Of a stretch of DNA of 64,000 nucleotides, positions 40,179-49,079 are shown one piece after another. The notes below the pieces were generated by a model. It did no database searches. It had not been told where the DNA came from and saw only the letters and a list, made by a program, of their open reading frames with translations. The stretch is from an uncultured delta proteobacterium (lineage in GTDB: Bacteria; Desulfobacterota; BSN033; UBA1163). The first letter of the stretch is position 1, and the number at the start of each line of letters is the position of its first letter. The position numbers were made by a program, and so were the translations under genes. The stretch covers positions 448,001 through 512,000 of the forward strand of contig CAVPSJ010000004.1 of assembly GCA_963708295.1 (NCBI GenBank). Reading direction: 5' to 3'.

Positions 40179-42364
40179 ATTGGAATCGGATTGTCATCGC
40201 CCCAGTTTTTCCCTTCTGGGTGATCCTGATCCTTCTCTTTCTTGGATTGGCTCTCACCGTCGTCCAGTATTGGATGATTCAAAAGAGAATAGGCCGTCCG
40301 AAAGCGATTCAGATATCCCTCCTCCGTCTGATCACCCTTTCACTCCTCGTCTCTTTCAGTGTGAACCCGTCTTTCATAGTAAGGAAAGAGGAAAAAATTA
40401 TTCCCGCCCTTGCCATCCTTGTCGATCGGTCGCAAAGCATGAGCTTATCTGGACAAGGAGGAAAAAAAACAAGGCTCGATGATGCGAAGGCGCTGCTGCT
40501 GGAAGGGGAGAAACCGCTTCTCAAAGCCCTGAAAGAGAGTTTTGAGGTGAAACTCTACACCATGGGTGAATCACTTCAAGCCATTGGCGAAAGCGAACTT
40601 CCCGGTCTGAAGGCCGTGGGAAAGAGAGCGGATCTGAATGGGGCTTTGGAAAAACTTGGTCCCACGAACTCTCTGCTCCTGCTATTGAGCGACGGAAACG
40701 TCGACTGGAATGGGGGCCATAGGAACGCACCTCCTCTCATCGCAATTCCCATGGGGGATCCCAGAGGTTACAGAGATATTTCAATTAAAGAGATCGAGGC
40801 ACCTCCCATCGCCTTTCGGGGGAGGCCAGTACAGATCGAAGTGGTTATAAAAAGTCATGGGTATTCTGGAATCACCGTTCCAGTCATTCTTAAAAATGGA
40901 GCCAAGATTCTAACAGCCAAAAGCTTTTCGATCCGAAGAAGTCCTGAGCAAGGGGTCACCTCTTTTTCCTTCACCCCAGAGGAAGTGGGTTCCTTTCCCC
41001 TCTCCGTATCGATTCCCCCCCAATTTGGCGAGAGCTTAACCTCAAATAACGATGCGAATATTGCGCTTAAAGTGTACAGGGACAAGATCAGGATATTGAT
41101 GGTGTCAGGAAGTCCAAGCTTAAATTACCGTTACATGAGAAGTGCTTTTAAGAACGATCCCACGATTGATCTGCTCTCCTTCATTATCTTGAGAACGCCG
41201 GCAAATATCATCAATGTTCCCCTTCAAGAGCAGAGTCTTATCCCCTTTCCGGTAGAGACCCTCTTCACGAATGAACTGAAGAATTTTGACCTGGTCATTT
41301 TTGACGATTTTTTCTACCGACCCTATTTAAATCTAAACCATCTGGAGCGTGTGAAAGAATTTGTCAGAGGAGGGGGTAGCTTCGCCGTCATCGGAGGGCC
41401 CAATTTCTACGGCCAAGGGGGATATGAGGGTACTCCCCTTGAGGAAATCCTTCCTGCCAGATTGTCAGGAAAGGAGGACTATCGCCGTGATCTCCCTTCA
41501 GGGGTTAAATTGAGCCGTCTGGGAACGATCCATCCCATAACTCGATTTTCTTCAGAGGGAAATAATCACCAAGGCCTGTGGCAGGAAATGCCTCCTCTGG
41601 ACGGCATCAATCTTTTGGAAGCCAAAAGCTCAGGAAGGGTGCTACTGGAGAGCACCGATGGAATACCGAGACCTATTTTGGTCGTGGGGAATTATGGCAA
41701 GGGAAGAGTTTCAATCCTAGGAACAGACTTTTCCTGGAAATGGTATATGGGGATGCTGGCTCAGGGAAAGGGAAATTGGGCCTACCTCAGGTTCATGGAA
41801 AGAATGGTCCGCTGGCTTACGCGAGATCCAAGCCTTGATCCGGTTCAGATCACCCTGCCGGCAAAGCCTGGAGAGGTCGGACAGGAGATCGGAGTTCAGA
41901 TCCGGGTCAAAGAAGAAGGCTCCTCCTCTGCCTCGAAGAGGATCGTTTCATTTTCTGTGTTCAATCCAGAAGGAACAAAGGTGGTATCTCAACTCAGAAC
42001 AACGGCACAAGAGGGTGAATTTCGCGGGTCTTTTCTGCCCGAAAAGGGAGGGGTCTATCAGGTGAGAGTGGAAACTCTCGAGGGTCGTCTTGAAGAGTCC
42101 GTGGTGGTTGCCGAGGCAGTAGAAGGTCTGGACGGAGTTCCGAACCATGAACATCTAAAAATGATCGCAGAGGCGACCGGGGGGAAAGTTCTGTCAAGCG
42201 GTAAAGACGTTTTGAGAGAAGCCGAGAGCTACGGTGAGAAAATCAAGGAGCATTTTATCGAAGAGAAACGTCTTCCTCTTTGGAGCGCGCCGTACCTGCT
42301 GGTCCTTATCCCGGCACTCCTCGGGATGGAATGGTATCTCAGGAGAAGAGGAGGAATGGTTTAG
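40175..42364 (+). CDS. Membrane protein with vWA-like and class I glutamine-amidotransferase-like domains
   Basis: LVDRSQSM, LLSDG, LIPFPVETLF, FVRGGGSFAVIGG, YGKGRV, SWKW, EWYLRRRGG. Confidence 0.85.
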   Translation: MNWNRIVIAPVFPFWVILILLFLGLALTVVQYWMIQKRIGRPKAIQISLLRLITLSLLVSFSVNPSFIVRKEEKIIPALAILVDRSQSMSLSGQGGKKTRLDDAKALLLEGEKPLLKALKESFEVKLYTMGESLQAIGESELPGLKAVGKRADLNGALEKLGPTNSLLLLLSDGNVDWNGGHRNAPPLIAIPMGDPRGYRDISIKEIEAPPIAFRGRPVQIEVVIKSHGYSGITVPVILKNGAKILTAKSFSIRRSPEQGVTSFSFTPEEVGSFPLSVSIPPQFGESLTSNNDANIALKVYRDKIRILMVSGSPSLNYRYMRSAFKNDPTIDLLSFIILRTPANIINVPLQEQSLIPFPVETLFTNELKNFDLVIFDDFFYRPYLNLNHLERVKEFVRGGGSFAVIGGPNFYGQGGYEGTPLEEILPARLSGKEDYRRDLPSGVKLSRLGTIHPITRFSSEGNNHQGLWQEMPPLDGINLLEAKSSGRVLLESTDGIPRPILVVGNYGKGRVSILGTDFSWKWYMGMLAQGKGNWAYLRFMERMVRWLTRDPSLDPVQITLPAKPGEVGQEIGVQIRVKEEGSSSASKRIVSFSVFNPEGTKVVSQLRTTAQEGEFRGSFLPEKGGVYQVRVETLEGRLEESVVVAEAVEGLDGVPNHEHLKMIAEATGGKVLSSGKDVLREAESYGEKIKEHFIEEKRLPLWSAPYLLVLIPALLGMEWYLRRRGGMV

Positions 42365-42366
42365 GC

Positions 42367-42457
42367 AAGTTCGAAGCACGAAATTTGAAATCCTAAACAA
42401 GCGCGAATGTCCAAAACACAAATGTCCTAGACAGATAGAAATGGTTTTGAAATTTTA
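42367..42457. repeat. Partial copy of the heptamer element at 35163
   Basis: TCGAAGCACGAAATTTGAAATCCTAAACAAGCGCGAATGTCCAAAACACAAATG aligns by eye with TCGAAGCACGAAATCCGAAATTCGAAACAAGCACGAATGTTCAAAATACAAATG. Confidence 0.7.
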
Positions 42458-42479
42458 GCCGGACTTGTCGACAGGGAGG

Positions 42480-43292
42480 ATGAAGATGAAGAAGAGATTG
42501 CTGTTTCTTACGGGACTCCTATTGATTGGGATGTGTTTTTTCCCATGGGACGCCGGGGCTGCCTGCCGGAATCCCAATATTGTGAGAAAGGGATATTCCT
42601 TAAGGTCGGCGGCCGCCTCCGGGGGGGTTGAGATCAAATGGTTTGGCCATTCGTTCTTTCAGATCACCTCAAGTCAGGGAACAAAGATTATTACCGATCC
42701 ATTTGGAGCCATGGGCTTTCCGATGCCTGAGGTATGGCCTGATGTGGTCACTGTGGGAAGGGAGCACGGAAACCACAATAACGTGAGCCTTGCCAAAGGG
42801 GCTCCCCTCGTTCTACGGGGGATGAAAGACGGAGGACAAGACTGGAATGAGATCAACCTGCAGTTCCGAGATGTGCTCATTTATAACGTTCCAGTACACC
42901 AGAGAGGGGTCCCAGGATTTCCAGAGGCCCTGAAAGGGTCCGCCTTTGTCTTTGAAGTAGACGGTCTTTGTATCTGCCACTCCGGGGATGTCAGTGAGCC
43001 CTTCAACGAGGATCAGCTTCAGCTTATCGGCCACGTCGACATTTTGCTCCAGACGATCGGAGGAGTCTACACGATTGGGCCGGAAGAGGCAAAAAAGGTA
43101 GTTAAGCAACTAAACCCGAAGATCGTGGTTCCCATGCACTACTGGTACCACATGGGCGTCCTGGAAAGATTCACTGACGGACCTTATCCACCCCGTTTTT
43201 CCAACGCCAATAACTTCACCGTCAGCAAAGACGCTCTTCCTTTCGACACCGAAGTTTATGTTCTGAAGGTCGTGAGAGAGGGCGACCTTTAA
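42480..43292 (+). CDS. Secreted MBL-fold metallo-hydrolase (Lactamase_B_3-like)
   Basis: Signal peptide, IKWFGHSFF, IITDPF, degenerate GREHGNHN metal motif, HSGD, VVPMHY. Confidence 0.82.
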   Translation: MKMKKRLLFLTGLLLIGMCFFPWDAGAACRNPNIVRKGYSLRSAAASGGVEIKWFGHSFFQITSSQGTKIITDPFGAMGFPMPEVWPDVVTVGREHGNHNNVSLAKGAPLVLRGMKDGGQDWNEINLQFRDVLIYNVPVHQRGVPGFPEALKGSAFVFEVDGLCICHSGDVSEPFNEDQLQLIGHVDILLQTIGGVYTIGPEEAKKVVKQLNPKIVVPMHYWYHMGVLERFTDGPYPPRFSNANNFTVSKDALPFDTEVYVLKVVREGDL

Positions 43293-43364
43293 ATCCTTGA
43301 GTGTTTAAACCTGAAGATTGACTTATGCCATTCGTAAACCTGAGAAATTTTCCACCTCCTCCCC

Positions 43365-43912
43365 TCACTCCCTTCTCACCCCAGGAGGCGAGTTCTGGGG
43401 ATTTATTTCTTTTAAAATTTTTGAGAAGAGAACGTCTCTGTTACTCGGTGTGATCTCAAAGAGCTTGACACCCTGCCTTTGCTTTACCTCGGCGATCAGC
43501 CCGCCGCCTTTCAAGGCGATCGTAGCGACCACCCATTTCTCCGAATCCAAGACCCCTTTCATGATTCTATCGAATTGGGTAGACAGACACTCCATGTTAC
43601 CGATCTCATCAACGATGATCATGTCGGCCGAAGGGTCAAAAAATGATATCCCGTCGAGGAAATCCTCAAAACCGCGGACGTCCACTTTGTATCGACCAAC
43701 CCGATAAGGGCTTTTGATATCGACGTGAGAAAGGATTCCTCTTTTCCCTCGAGACTGATGAGCTCGAACCCCTTCCTCATACCTTCTTCTCTTATCTCTG
43801 CCGTATAAAAACCGACCGGGTGAAAATTCTTTAACGCTTCGTAGACTTTCCTCATCAGCGTGGTTTTACCCACACCCGGAAGTCCCGTGATGAGGAGATT
43901 CTTCTTTTCCAA
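43365..43912 (-). CDS. NTPase_1 (THEP1-like) nucleoside triphosphatase, frameshifted
   Basis: ITGLPGVGKTT, GFYTAEIREEG.RKGF, IVDEIGNMEC, split between two ORFs. Confidence 0.85.
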
Positions 43913-43935
43913 ATCCGTCGGGGCCCTCCTTTCGT

Positions 43936-44736
43936 TTATCTGTCCTCTGCTTCGTCCTCCTCCTTGGAGACGGGAGAGTCAGAAACGGCTTCCCCTGGGA
44001 AGGAGGATTCTTGACTCTCTGTCACCTCTTTATATTCTGGGATAACGATTCCCCTTTGGATCATGATGCTGTATATAAGATTGGACCGGTTGATCACATA
44101 CTGCTGCTCTCCAACCGGCCGGTATGTTCTTGGGTTCGGCAGGGTGGCAGCTAACCTGGCTGCCTCCCCAGGGTCTAACTCGGAGGAAGGTTTTCCGAAA
44201 TAATGTCGCGAGGCGGCTTCTGCACCGAAAATCCCCTCTCCCCACTCGGCCACGTTGAGATAGAGTTCAAGAATTCTTCTTTTGGATAAGGCTTTTTCCA
44301 TTCTCCACGTGATGACAGCTTCGGAGATCTTCCTGGTCAAGGATTTCTCGGGAGAAAGAAATAGATTTCGTGCCAACTGTTGAGTGATGGTGCTTCCGCC
44401 AAACTTGAATTTCTTAGCTTTGAGATCCTTTTCGATCGCCTTCTGAATCGCTTCGTAATCAAACCCCTCGTGGTTCCAGAATTTGTCATCTTCTGCAATG
44501 AGGACAGCCTTGATCAGATAAGGGGATATTTTCGAATAGGGGACCCAACTCTGATCAACCCTGTACTTTCTTCCTTTCTCTCTCAATTTCTTTTCTCGAT
44601 ACTCCATGAGGGCCGTCTTTTTTGGGTTTTCTTTCTTGAGTTTCGAAAGATCGGGCATCAGGAGAAGATAGACCATAGGGAAAAGGATGAAAAAAAAAGA
44701 TAAAATGATGAACCAATGAGTATGACGTTTAAGCAT
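43936..44736 (-). CDS. mtgA: Monofunctional biosynthetic peptidoglycan transglycosylase (GT51)
   Basis: AEDDKFWNHEG, GGSTITQQLARNLFL, RKISE, KRRILELYLNVAEWG. The ORF extension to 44829 is repeat-derived. Confidence 0.92.
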   Translation of the reverse strand: MLKRHTHWFIILSFFFILFPMVYLLLMPDLSKLKKENPKKTALMEYREKKLREKGRKYRVDQSWVPYSKISPYLIKAVLIAEDDKFWNHEGFDYEAIQKAIEKDLKAKKFKFGGSTITQQLARNLFLSPEKSLTRKISEAVITWRMEKALSKRRILELYLNVAEWGEGIFGAEAASRHYFGKPSSELDPGEAARLAATLPNPRTYRPVGEQQYVINRSNLIYSIMIQRGIVIPEYKEVTESQESSFPGEAVSDSPVSKEEDEAEDR

Positions 44737-44744
44737 TGCTATTG

Positions 44745-44915
44745 ATAAATCCGAAATCCGAATGTCGGGCGAAGCGACCGTCTCGGACCAATCCGAAACA
44801 AATTCAAGATACAAATTTTCAAATTCCAAAAACCTAAGTTATTCTTTCGTTTTGAATTTGATATTTGGGACATTCGGATTTATTTCGAACTTCGGATTTC
44901 GTGCTTCGAATTTGG
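44745..44915. repeat. Heptamer-based inverted-repeat element
   Basis: AAATCCG AAATCCG AAT...AATCCGAAAC ... ATTTCG AACTTCG GATTTCG TGCTTCG AATTT. Confidence 0.7.
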
Positions 44916-44992
44916 GATTCCTTGCGGAGGAAATGGTCTCGAAGAAACCATCCAACCGTATATGCATCTGAGGCGCAACAGGGGCCGGGTAT

Positions 44993-45631
44993 CTATCCCC
45001 GGACAAAGGGATTGTGTCGCCTCTCATGTTGAATGGTCGAGGTGGGTGTGGATCCATAGTCATGGCCCGGGAAGACCACCGTTTCTCCGGGTAAGGCATA
45101 GAGCTTCTCCCGGATAGATGCTTCGAGCACATCCCATGAACTCCCCGGCAAATCAGTTCTTCCCACCGAGCCTACAAAGAGGGTATCCCCTGTAAACACA
45201 CTTCCATCAAGATAGAGGGACATTCCTCCTGCGGAATGACCGGGGGTGTGGATGACCTTCAGCCTAACACGACCCGCCTGGACGACATCCCCTTCCCTGA
45301 CCAGGATATCGGCAGGAGGAGAATTCTTGGCGTTAAACATTTCCAGGAGATAGGACGGGGTTTGAACCAGAGCCGCTGCATCCTCTTCATGGATGATGAT
45401 CTTGGCTCCGGTCTGTCTGGCCATCTCTGCGTTTCCCATGACATGGTCCACATGAGAATGGGTGTTGACGATATATTTAATTTCATTTAGCCCATGAGAT
45501 TTGGCTTCTGCGAGAAGCCTCGTCGTATCATCCGCGGGATCGATGAACAACCCTTCCTGACTCTCCTCATCTCCGATGAGATAGCAGAAGACTCCAAAAT
45601 TTCCCACCGCATATTGTTTGACAATCATCAC
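44993..45631 (-). CDS. MBL-fold metallo-hydrolase (glyoxalase II-like)
   Basis: THSHVDH, HTPGHS, FTGDTLF, GRTDLPG, FPGH. Confidence 0.92.
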   Translation of the reverse strand: MMIVKQYAVGNFGVFCYLIGDEESQEGLFIDPADDTTRLLAEAKSHGLNEIKYIVNTHSHVDHVMGNAEMARQTGAKIIIHEEDAAALVQTPSYLLEMFNAKNSPPADILVREGDVVQAGRVRLKVIHTPGHSAGGMSLYLDGSVFTGDTLFVGSVGRTDLPGSSWDVLEASIREKLYALPGETVVFPGHDYGSTPTSTIQHERRHNPFVRG

Positions 45632-45782
45632 CTTTCTCCCGATCTGAGCGGCTTTTTAAAACTATAAGTGATGAACTTTGAAACTTCAACTTTTTATTTG
45701 ACAGGTGCCTTTCCATCGTTTAATCAAAGAATGGCGGGAAGGCGTCTTGGGGTGTTGAAAAGATCGGCAGGAGTTCGACGGG

Positions 45783-46448
45783 ATGAAACTTGAAAATGAC
45801 CTCTATGTCTACCTTTGGCAAAACGCCTACGAAAATAATTGCAACTCTTATTTGATTCACGGAGAAGTCACGATTCTCATCGATCCGGGTCATTCCCGCC
45901 ACATCCCCAATCTCTTACGTCAGATGGAAGGAGACGGGATCCCTCCGGAAAAGATTGATCTGATCATTTTGACTCATTCTCATCCCGACCATTTCGAGGG
46001 CCTGGAAGCCTTCCTGGATCACCCGGTCAAGGTGGCGATGAACCGAGAAGAAGAGCGTTACCTGAGGGAGAGCGGAAAATTCCTCTTTGAAATGATGCGA
46101 CACCCCTTGCCTCAATTTCGAATTGACTTTTACCTGCAGGAAGGGGAACTCCATTGGGGAGGGGAGACCTTTCATATCTACGAGACCCCGGGTCATTCCC
46201 CTGGCTCTCTTTCGATCCATTGGCCCGAAAGAAAAGTCCTCTTCACCGGTGATCTTGTCTTCTATGAGGGCATCGGCAGGACAGACTTCTTGGAAGGCAA
46301 TCCAAAGTTGATAAAGAAAAGCATCGAGCGGATCTCCGGCTTGGATACAGAGGTCTTGCTCCCCGGCCATGGAGAGATGGTCATGGGGAAGGAAAAGGTA
46401 CTTCTGAACTTCGAATTCATACGACAGCGTTTTTATCCCTACCTATAA
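45783..46448 (+). CDS. MBL-fold metallo-hydrolase
   Basis: THSHPDH, TPGHSPG, FTGDLVF, GRTDF, LPGHG. Confidence 0.92.
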   Translation: MKLENDLYVYLWQNAYENNCNSYLIHGEVTILIDPGHSRHIPNLLRQMEGDGIPPEKIDLIILTHSHPDHFEGLEAFLDHPVKVAMNREEERYLRESGKFLFEMMRHPLPQFRIDFYLQEGELHWGGETFHIYETPGHSPGSLSIHWPERKVLFTGDLVFYEGIGRTDFLEGNPKLIKKSIERISGLDTEVLLPGHGEMVMGKEKVLLNFEFIRQRFYPYL

Positions 46449-46634
46449 CCGACTTGTAATAGTTAACGCTCCACTCCTCCCTCGATATACATTCTAAATC
46501 GAAATCTACTGTTTCAATTTGAGATTTCTCTCGGATATCGCTAGCCCCAAAGATTGCCTCAGAATGAAGGCTTGTGGGATCGCTAGCGTGGAATCAACCC
46601 CATAATGTCTGTCAAATGAAGGTAGGTCTCTTAT

Positions 46635-47177
46635 CTATAACCGTCTCAACTGCTCTTTGATCTCGTCCAATTTTATTGAATAAGAGCGATCCAGGGTTTC
46701 ATTTTCTTTTTTCCAGAGCTCGCTCCCTTCGAGTTTGGGTTCCACCGCGCTCCCCCAGATCCCATCTCTTTTCAAGGCCTCTACCAATTGAGCCCCCGTC
46801 TTCTTCTTGATCTCTTCCTTTTCGTTTCGGTATTGGGAAAGCAGGTGGTCTAATCTTTGTTTTGCCTCACCGATACTTTTTCCCTTCAATGATTCGACCC
46901 CTTTCAGGATCCCTTCGTTTTCATCATCCAGAGAAAGTGCGCCAATCCAGTAAGAGAGAAGGGATTCCCTCACCGTAATCGATGTCTTCCTTTCCATCTT
47001 CTCCATCTCCTTCAGAATGTCCTTCAATGAGAGGTTTCCCTCTCGATACCGGTGAAAGAAGCGGGTCGCTTTCTGCAAGACTTCTTTTTGCTTCATCTCA
47101 TCCTTTTCCTTCTCGGAGACGGCAAAACGTTTTGTTCTCTCCATCGCTAATTCTAAGGTGGATTTAATCTCTCCCAT
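46635..47177 (-). CDS. Conserved helical hypothetical protein
   Basis: Starts MGEIKSTLELAMERTK, charged helical body, GIWGSAVEPKL near the C-terminus. Confidence 0.75.
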   Translation of the reverse strand: MGEIKSTLELAMERTKRFAVSEKEKDEMKQKEVLQKATRFFHRYREGNLSLKDILKEMEKMERKTSITVRESLLSYWIGALSLDDENEGILKGVESLKGKSIGEAKQRLDHLLSQYRNEKEEIKKKTGAQLVEALKRDGIWGSAVEPKLEGSELWKKENETLDRSYSIKLDEIKEQLRRL

Positions 47178-47280
47178 GAACAAACCCCGCAGAGCGCATA
47201 GCGCGTAGAGCATAGCGTAAATTCAACCTCAACAAATACATCTTAAACCCCCTGATAGGAATTCAAATTTGAACAAGGAC

Positions 47281-47320
47281 AAAAAGAAACCCCAGGGGAA
47301 TAAACTGGGGTCTCTTTTTT
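47281..47320. terminator. Intrinsic terminator downstream of the cold-shock gene
   Basis: AAAAAGAAACCCCAG-loop-CTGGGGTCTCTTTTTT. Confidence 0.75.
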
Positions 47321-47337
47321 ACTTAAAGAGTTTCCGC

Positions 47338-47541
47338 TCAGGCCAGAACCGTCACGTCCGTCGCCTGCGGACCTTTGGGTCCTTCTGAAATTTCGAACTC
47401 CACCTCATCGCCTTCGTAAAGGGTTTTGAATCCATCCTTTTTAATGGCGGAGAAGTGAACGAATACGTCACCTCCATCCTCTCTGGAAATGAATCCGTAG
47501 CCTTTCTTCTCGTTGAACCATTTGACACGACCTTTGGCCAC
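47338..47541 (-). CDS. Cold-shock protein (CspA family)
   Basis: [15 protein letters not shown] (RNP1), DVFVHFSAI (RNP2), GPKGPQA. Confidence 0.97.
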   Translation of the reverse strand: MAKGRVKWFNEKKGYGFISREDGGDVFVHFSAIKKDGFKTLYEGDEVEFEISEGPKGPQATDVTVLA

Positions 47542-47685
47542 TACAACTCACCTCCTCTCTTCTCTCATCTGACGTAAGTTGTAATCGCCTTGGTCTTAAC
47601 AAAAAAGCCACAAAAGCATGGACTCAGACTTTTGTGGCTTCTTTTACGATCCAAACAACTACTCCTTACAACTTACTCTGGCTAG

Positions 47686-47714
47686 ATTATGGGAAATATT
47701 TTTCTAAAAGTCAA
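47686..47714 (-). promoter_or_regulatory. Sigma70 promoter of the csp gene
   Basis: TTGACT-N17-CATAAT on the minus strand. Confidence 0.65.
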
Positions 47715-48034
47715 GCTCTTTCTCACTCTCGGAGAGATTCACCGAGGGAAGGAGTTGACCGAGCCCCCGGCTGAGGAGCAAGAGAGAAAATCGCTATTGG
47801 ACGAAGGACACGAACTGGATCGCAAGAAGCATGCTGAAAAGGCGGGACGCCAAAAACTCCCACCGGAAACTGTGAAAAGGATTGAAAAAGGCGGATAACC
47901 GGAGGAGGAGAAAGAAGAGGCCAAGGCTAGAATCGATTCTATCTATGCTCAAACAGAATTATTCTATAGATGAACAGGGAGCCCAAATGAGGTTATAATT
48001 TATTGAAATCTATACGGAAGTTTTATTTTTTTTC

Positions 48035-48063
48035 TTGACAGAGTAAACATATTGTATTATATT
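48035..48063 (+). promoter_or_regulatory. Sigma70 promoter upstream of the RHH-pom cluster
   Basis: TTGACA-N17-TATATT, overlapped by TATTGT direct repeats. Confidence 0.7.
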
Positions 48064-48093
48064 GTATTGTAAATTTGGCTGGAGGGGATCTGT

Positions 48094-48276
48094 TTGCCAG
48101 AGAAGAAGATCGCCCGTACGATCTACATTAAAGACGTGCAATTGGAGGCTTTGAAGAGACTATCCGAGAAGACCAAAGTCCCCCAGTCTGTCTATGTCAG
48201 GGAGGCCTTGGATATGCTATTGGAGAAATATTCGGAACAGTTGAAATTTGAATTCAAAGAATATTTCAAAGGATAA
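48094..48276 (+). CDS. Ribbon-helix-helix protein, CdbA-like
   Basis: KKIARTIYI..QLEALKRLSEKTKVPQSVYVREALDMLLEKY resembles M. xanthus CdbA as recalled (KKxSTTIYI...KTKVPVAEYIRQGIDLVLEKY). RBS GGAGG, TTG start. Confidence 0.8.
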   Translation: MPEKKIARTIYIKDVQLEALKRLSEKTKVPQSVYVREALDMLLEKYSEQLKFEFKEYFKG

Positions 48277-48318
48277 TTCTCTTAAGGCATCTCAAGGCAT
48301 GGAAGGAATGATAACAGA

Positions 48319-49056
48319 GTGGATTGTTTCCGATTGGCTTATTTGAAATCGCCAGGGTTAGAAAAGGGCTTTGAAGAGTCTTTCCCGTCCGATACCAACG
48401 GGAAAGTTGCGAGTTCCTCCATCCCTCCTTCGGGAGATCAGATCCCCGTGACCCTCTCTTCTGAAGCCGTTCTGAGGCAGGCCAAGATTGATCTGAAGCA
48501 CCCCGATCGGCAGGTGAGAATCTTGGCGACAAGATATTATTTGGAAAAATCCTATCCCTCCATCCCTCTGTCTCTCCTCCAGGAAATTTTGTCTGACCGA
48601 GATCCAGATGTCAGATCTCAAGCCCTTCGTTCTCTTATTAAATTTCGGAGCCCCATCGTCCCCCCTTTGCTGCGAAAATATCTTAAGGATAGCGACCCGT
48701 GGGTCAGGATCGCCGCCCTCCGAGGAATGTTTCAATTTCAGGAGAAGATCGACCTGAACATCTTTCTGCGATTCTTGAGCGATGACTCTACCTGGGTGAG
48801 GCGGAAGGTGGCCACCTTATTGGGATGGGCTCAAATAGAGGGTGCCCTACCGATCCTGAAGGAGTTGTCAAGGGATGCCCATTCCATGGTGAGAAGAGCA
48901 GCCCTTTTTTCCCTGGCAACCCTTTATCCCGACGAGAGTGAGAATCTCTTGATGGAGGCCATGACCGATCCAGACCCGGAACTTCGAAAGTGGGCCAAAA
49001 CGACGTTAGAGAAAACATTGACCAGGCCGTCTAAAAGGAAGGACGGCTTCTCTTAA
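48319..49056 (+). CDS. HEAT-repeat protein, PomY-like by position
   Basis: Repeats LSDRDPDVRSQAL, LKDSDPWVRIAAL, LSDDSTWVRRKVA, SRDAHSMVRRAAL, MTDPDPELRKWA. Lies directly upstream of the PomZ-like ATPase. Confidence 0.75.
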   Translation: MDCFRLAYLKSPGLEKGFEESFPSDTNGKVASSSIPPSGDQIPVTLSSEAVLRQAKIDLKHPDRQVRILATRYYLEKSYPSIPLSLLQEILSDRDPDVRSQALRSLIKFRSPIVPPLLRKYLKDSDPWVRIAALRGMFQFQEKIDLNIFLRFLSDDSTWVRRKVATLLGWAQIEGALPILKELSRDAHSMVRRAALFSLATLYPDESENLLMEAMTDPDPELRKWAKTTLEKTLTRPSKRKDGFS

Positions 49057-49079
49057 GAACCGAGGTTGAGACGAAAAAA

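Noticed and set aside
44737-44829. Extended start of mtgA, and likewise 47178-47213 of the helical hypothetical gene
   Set aside because: The extensions are translations of heptamer repeats.
47689-47898. 69-aa charged ORF upstream of the RHH gene
   Set aside because: Its start overlaps the csp promoter. An internal TTG has an RBS, but there is no recognisable family and a frameshift is possible, so support is insufficient.
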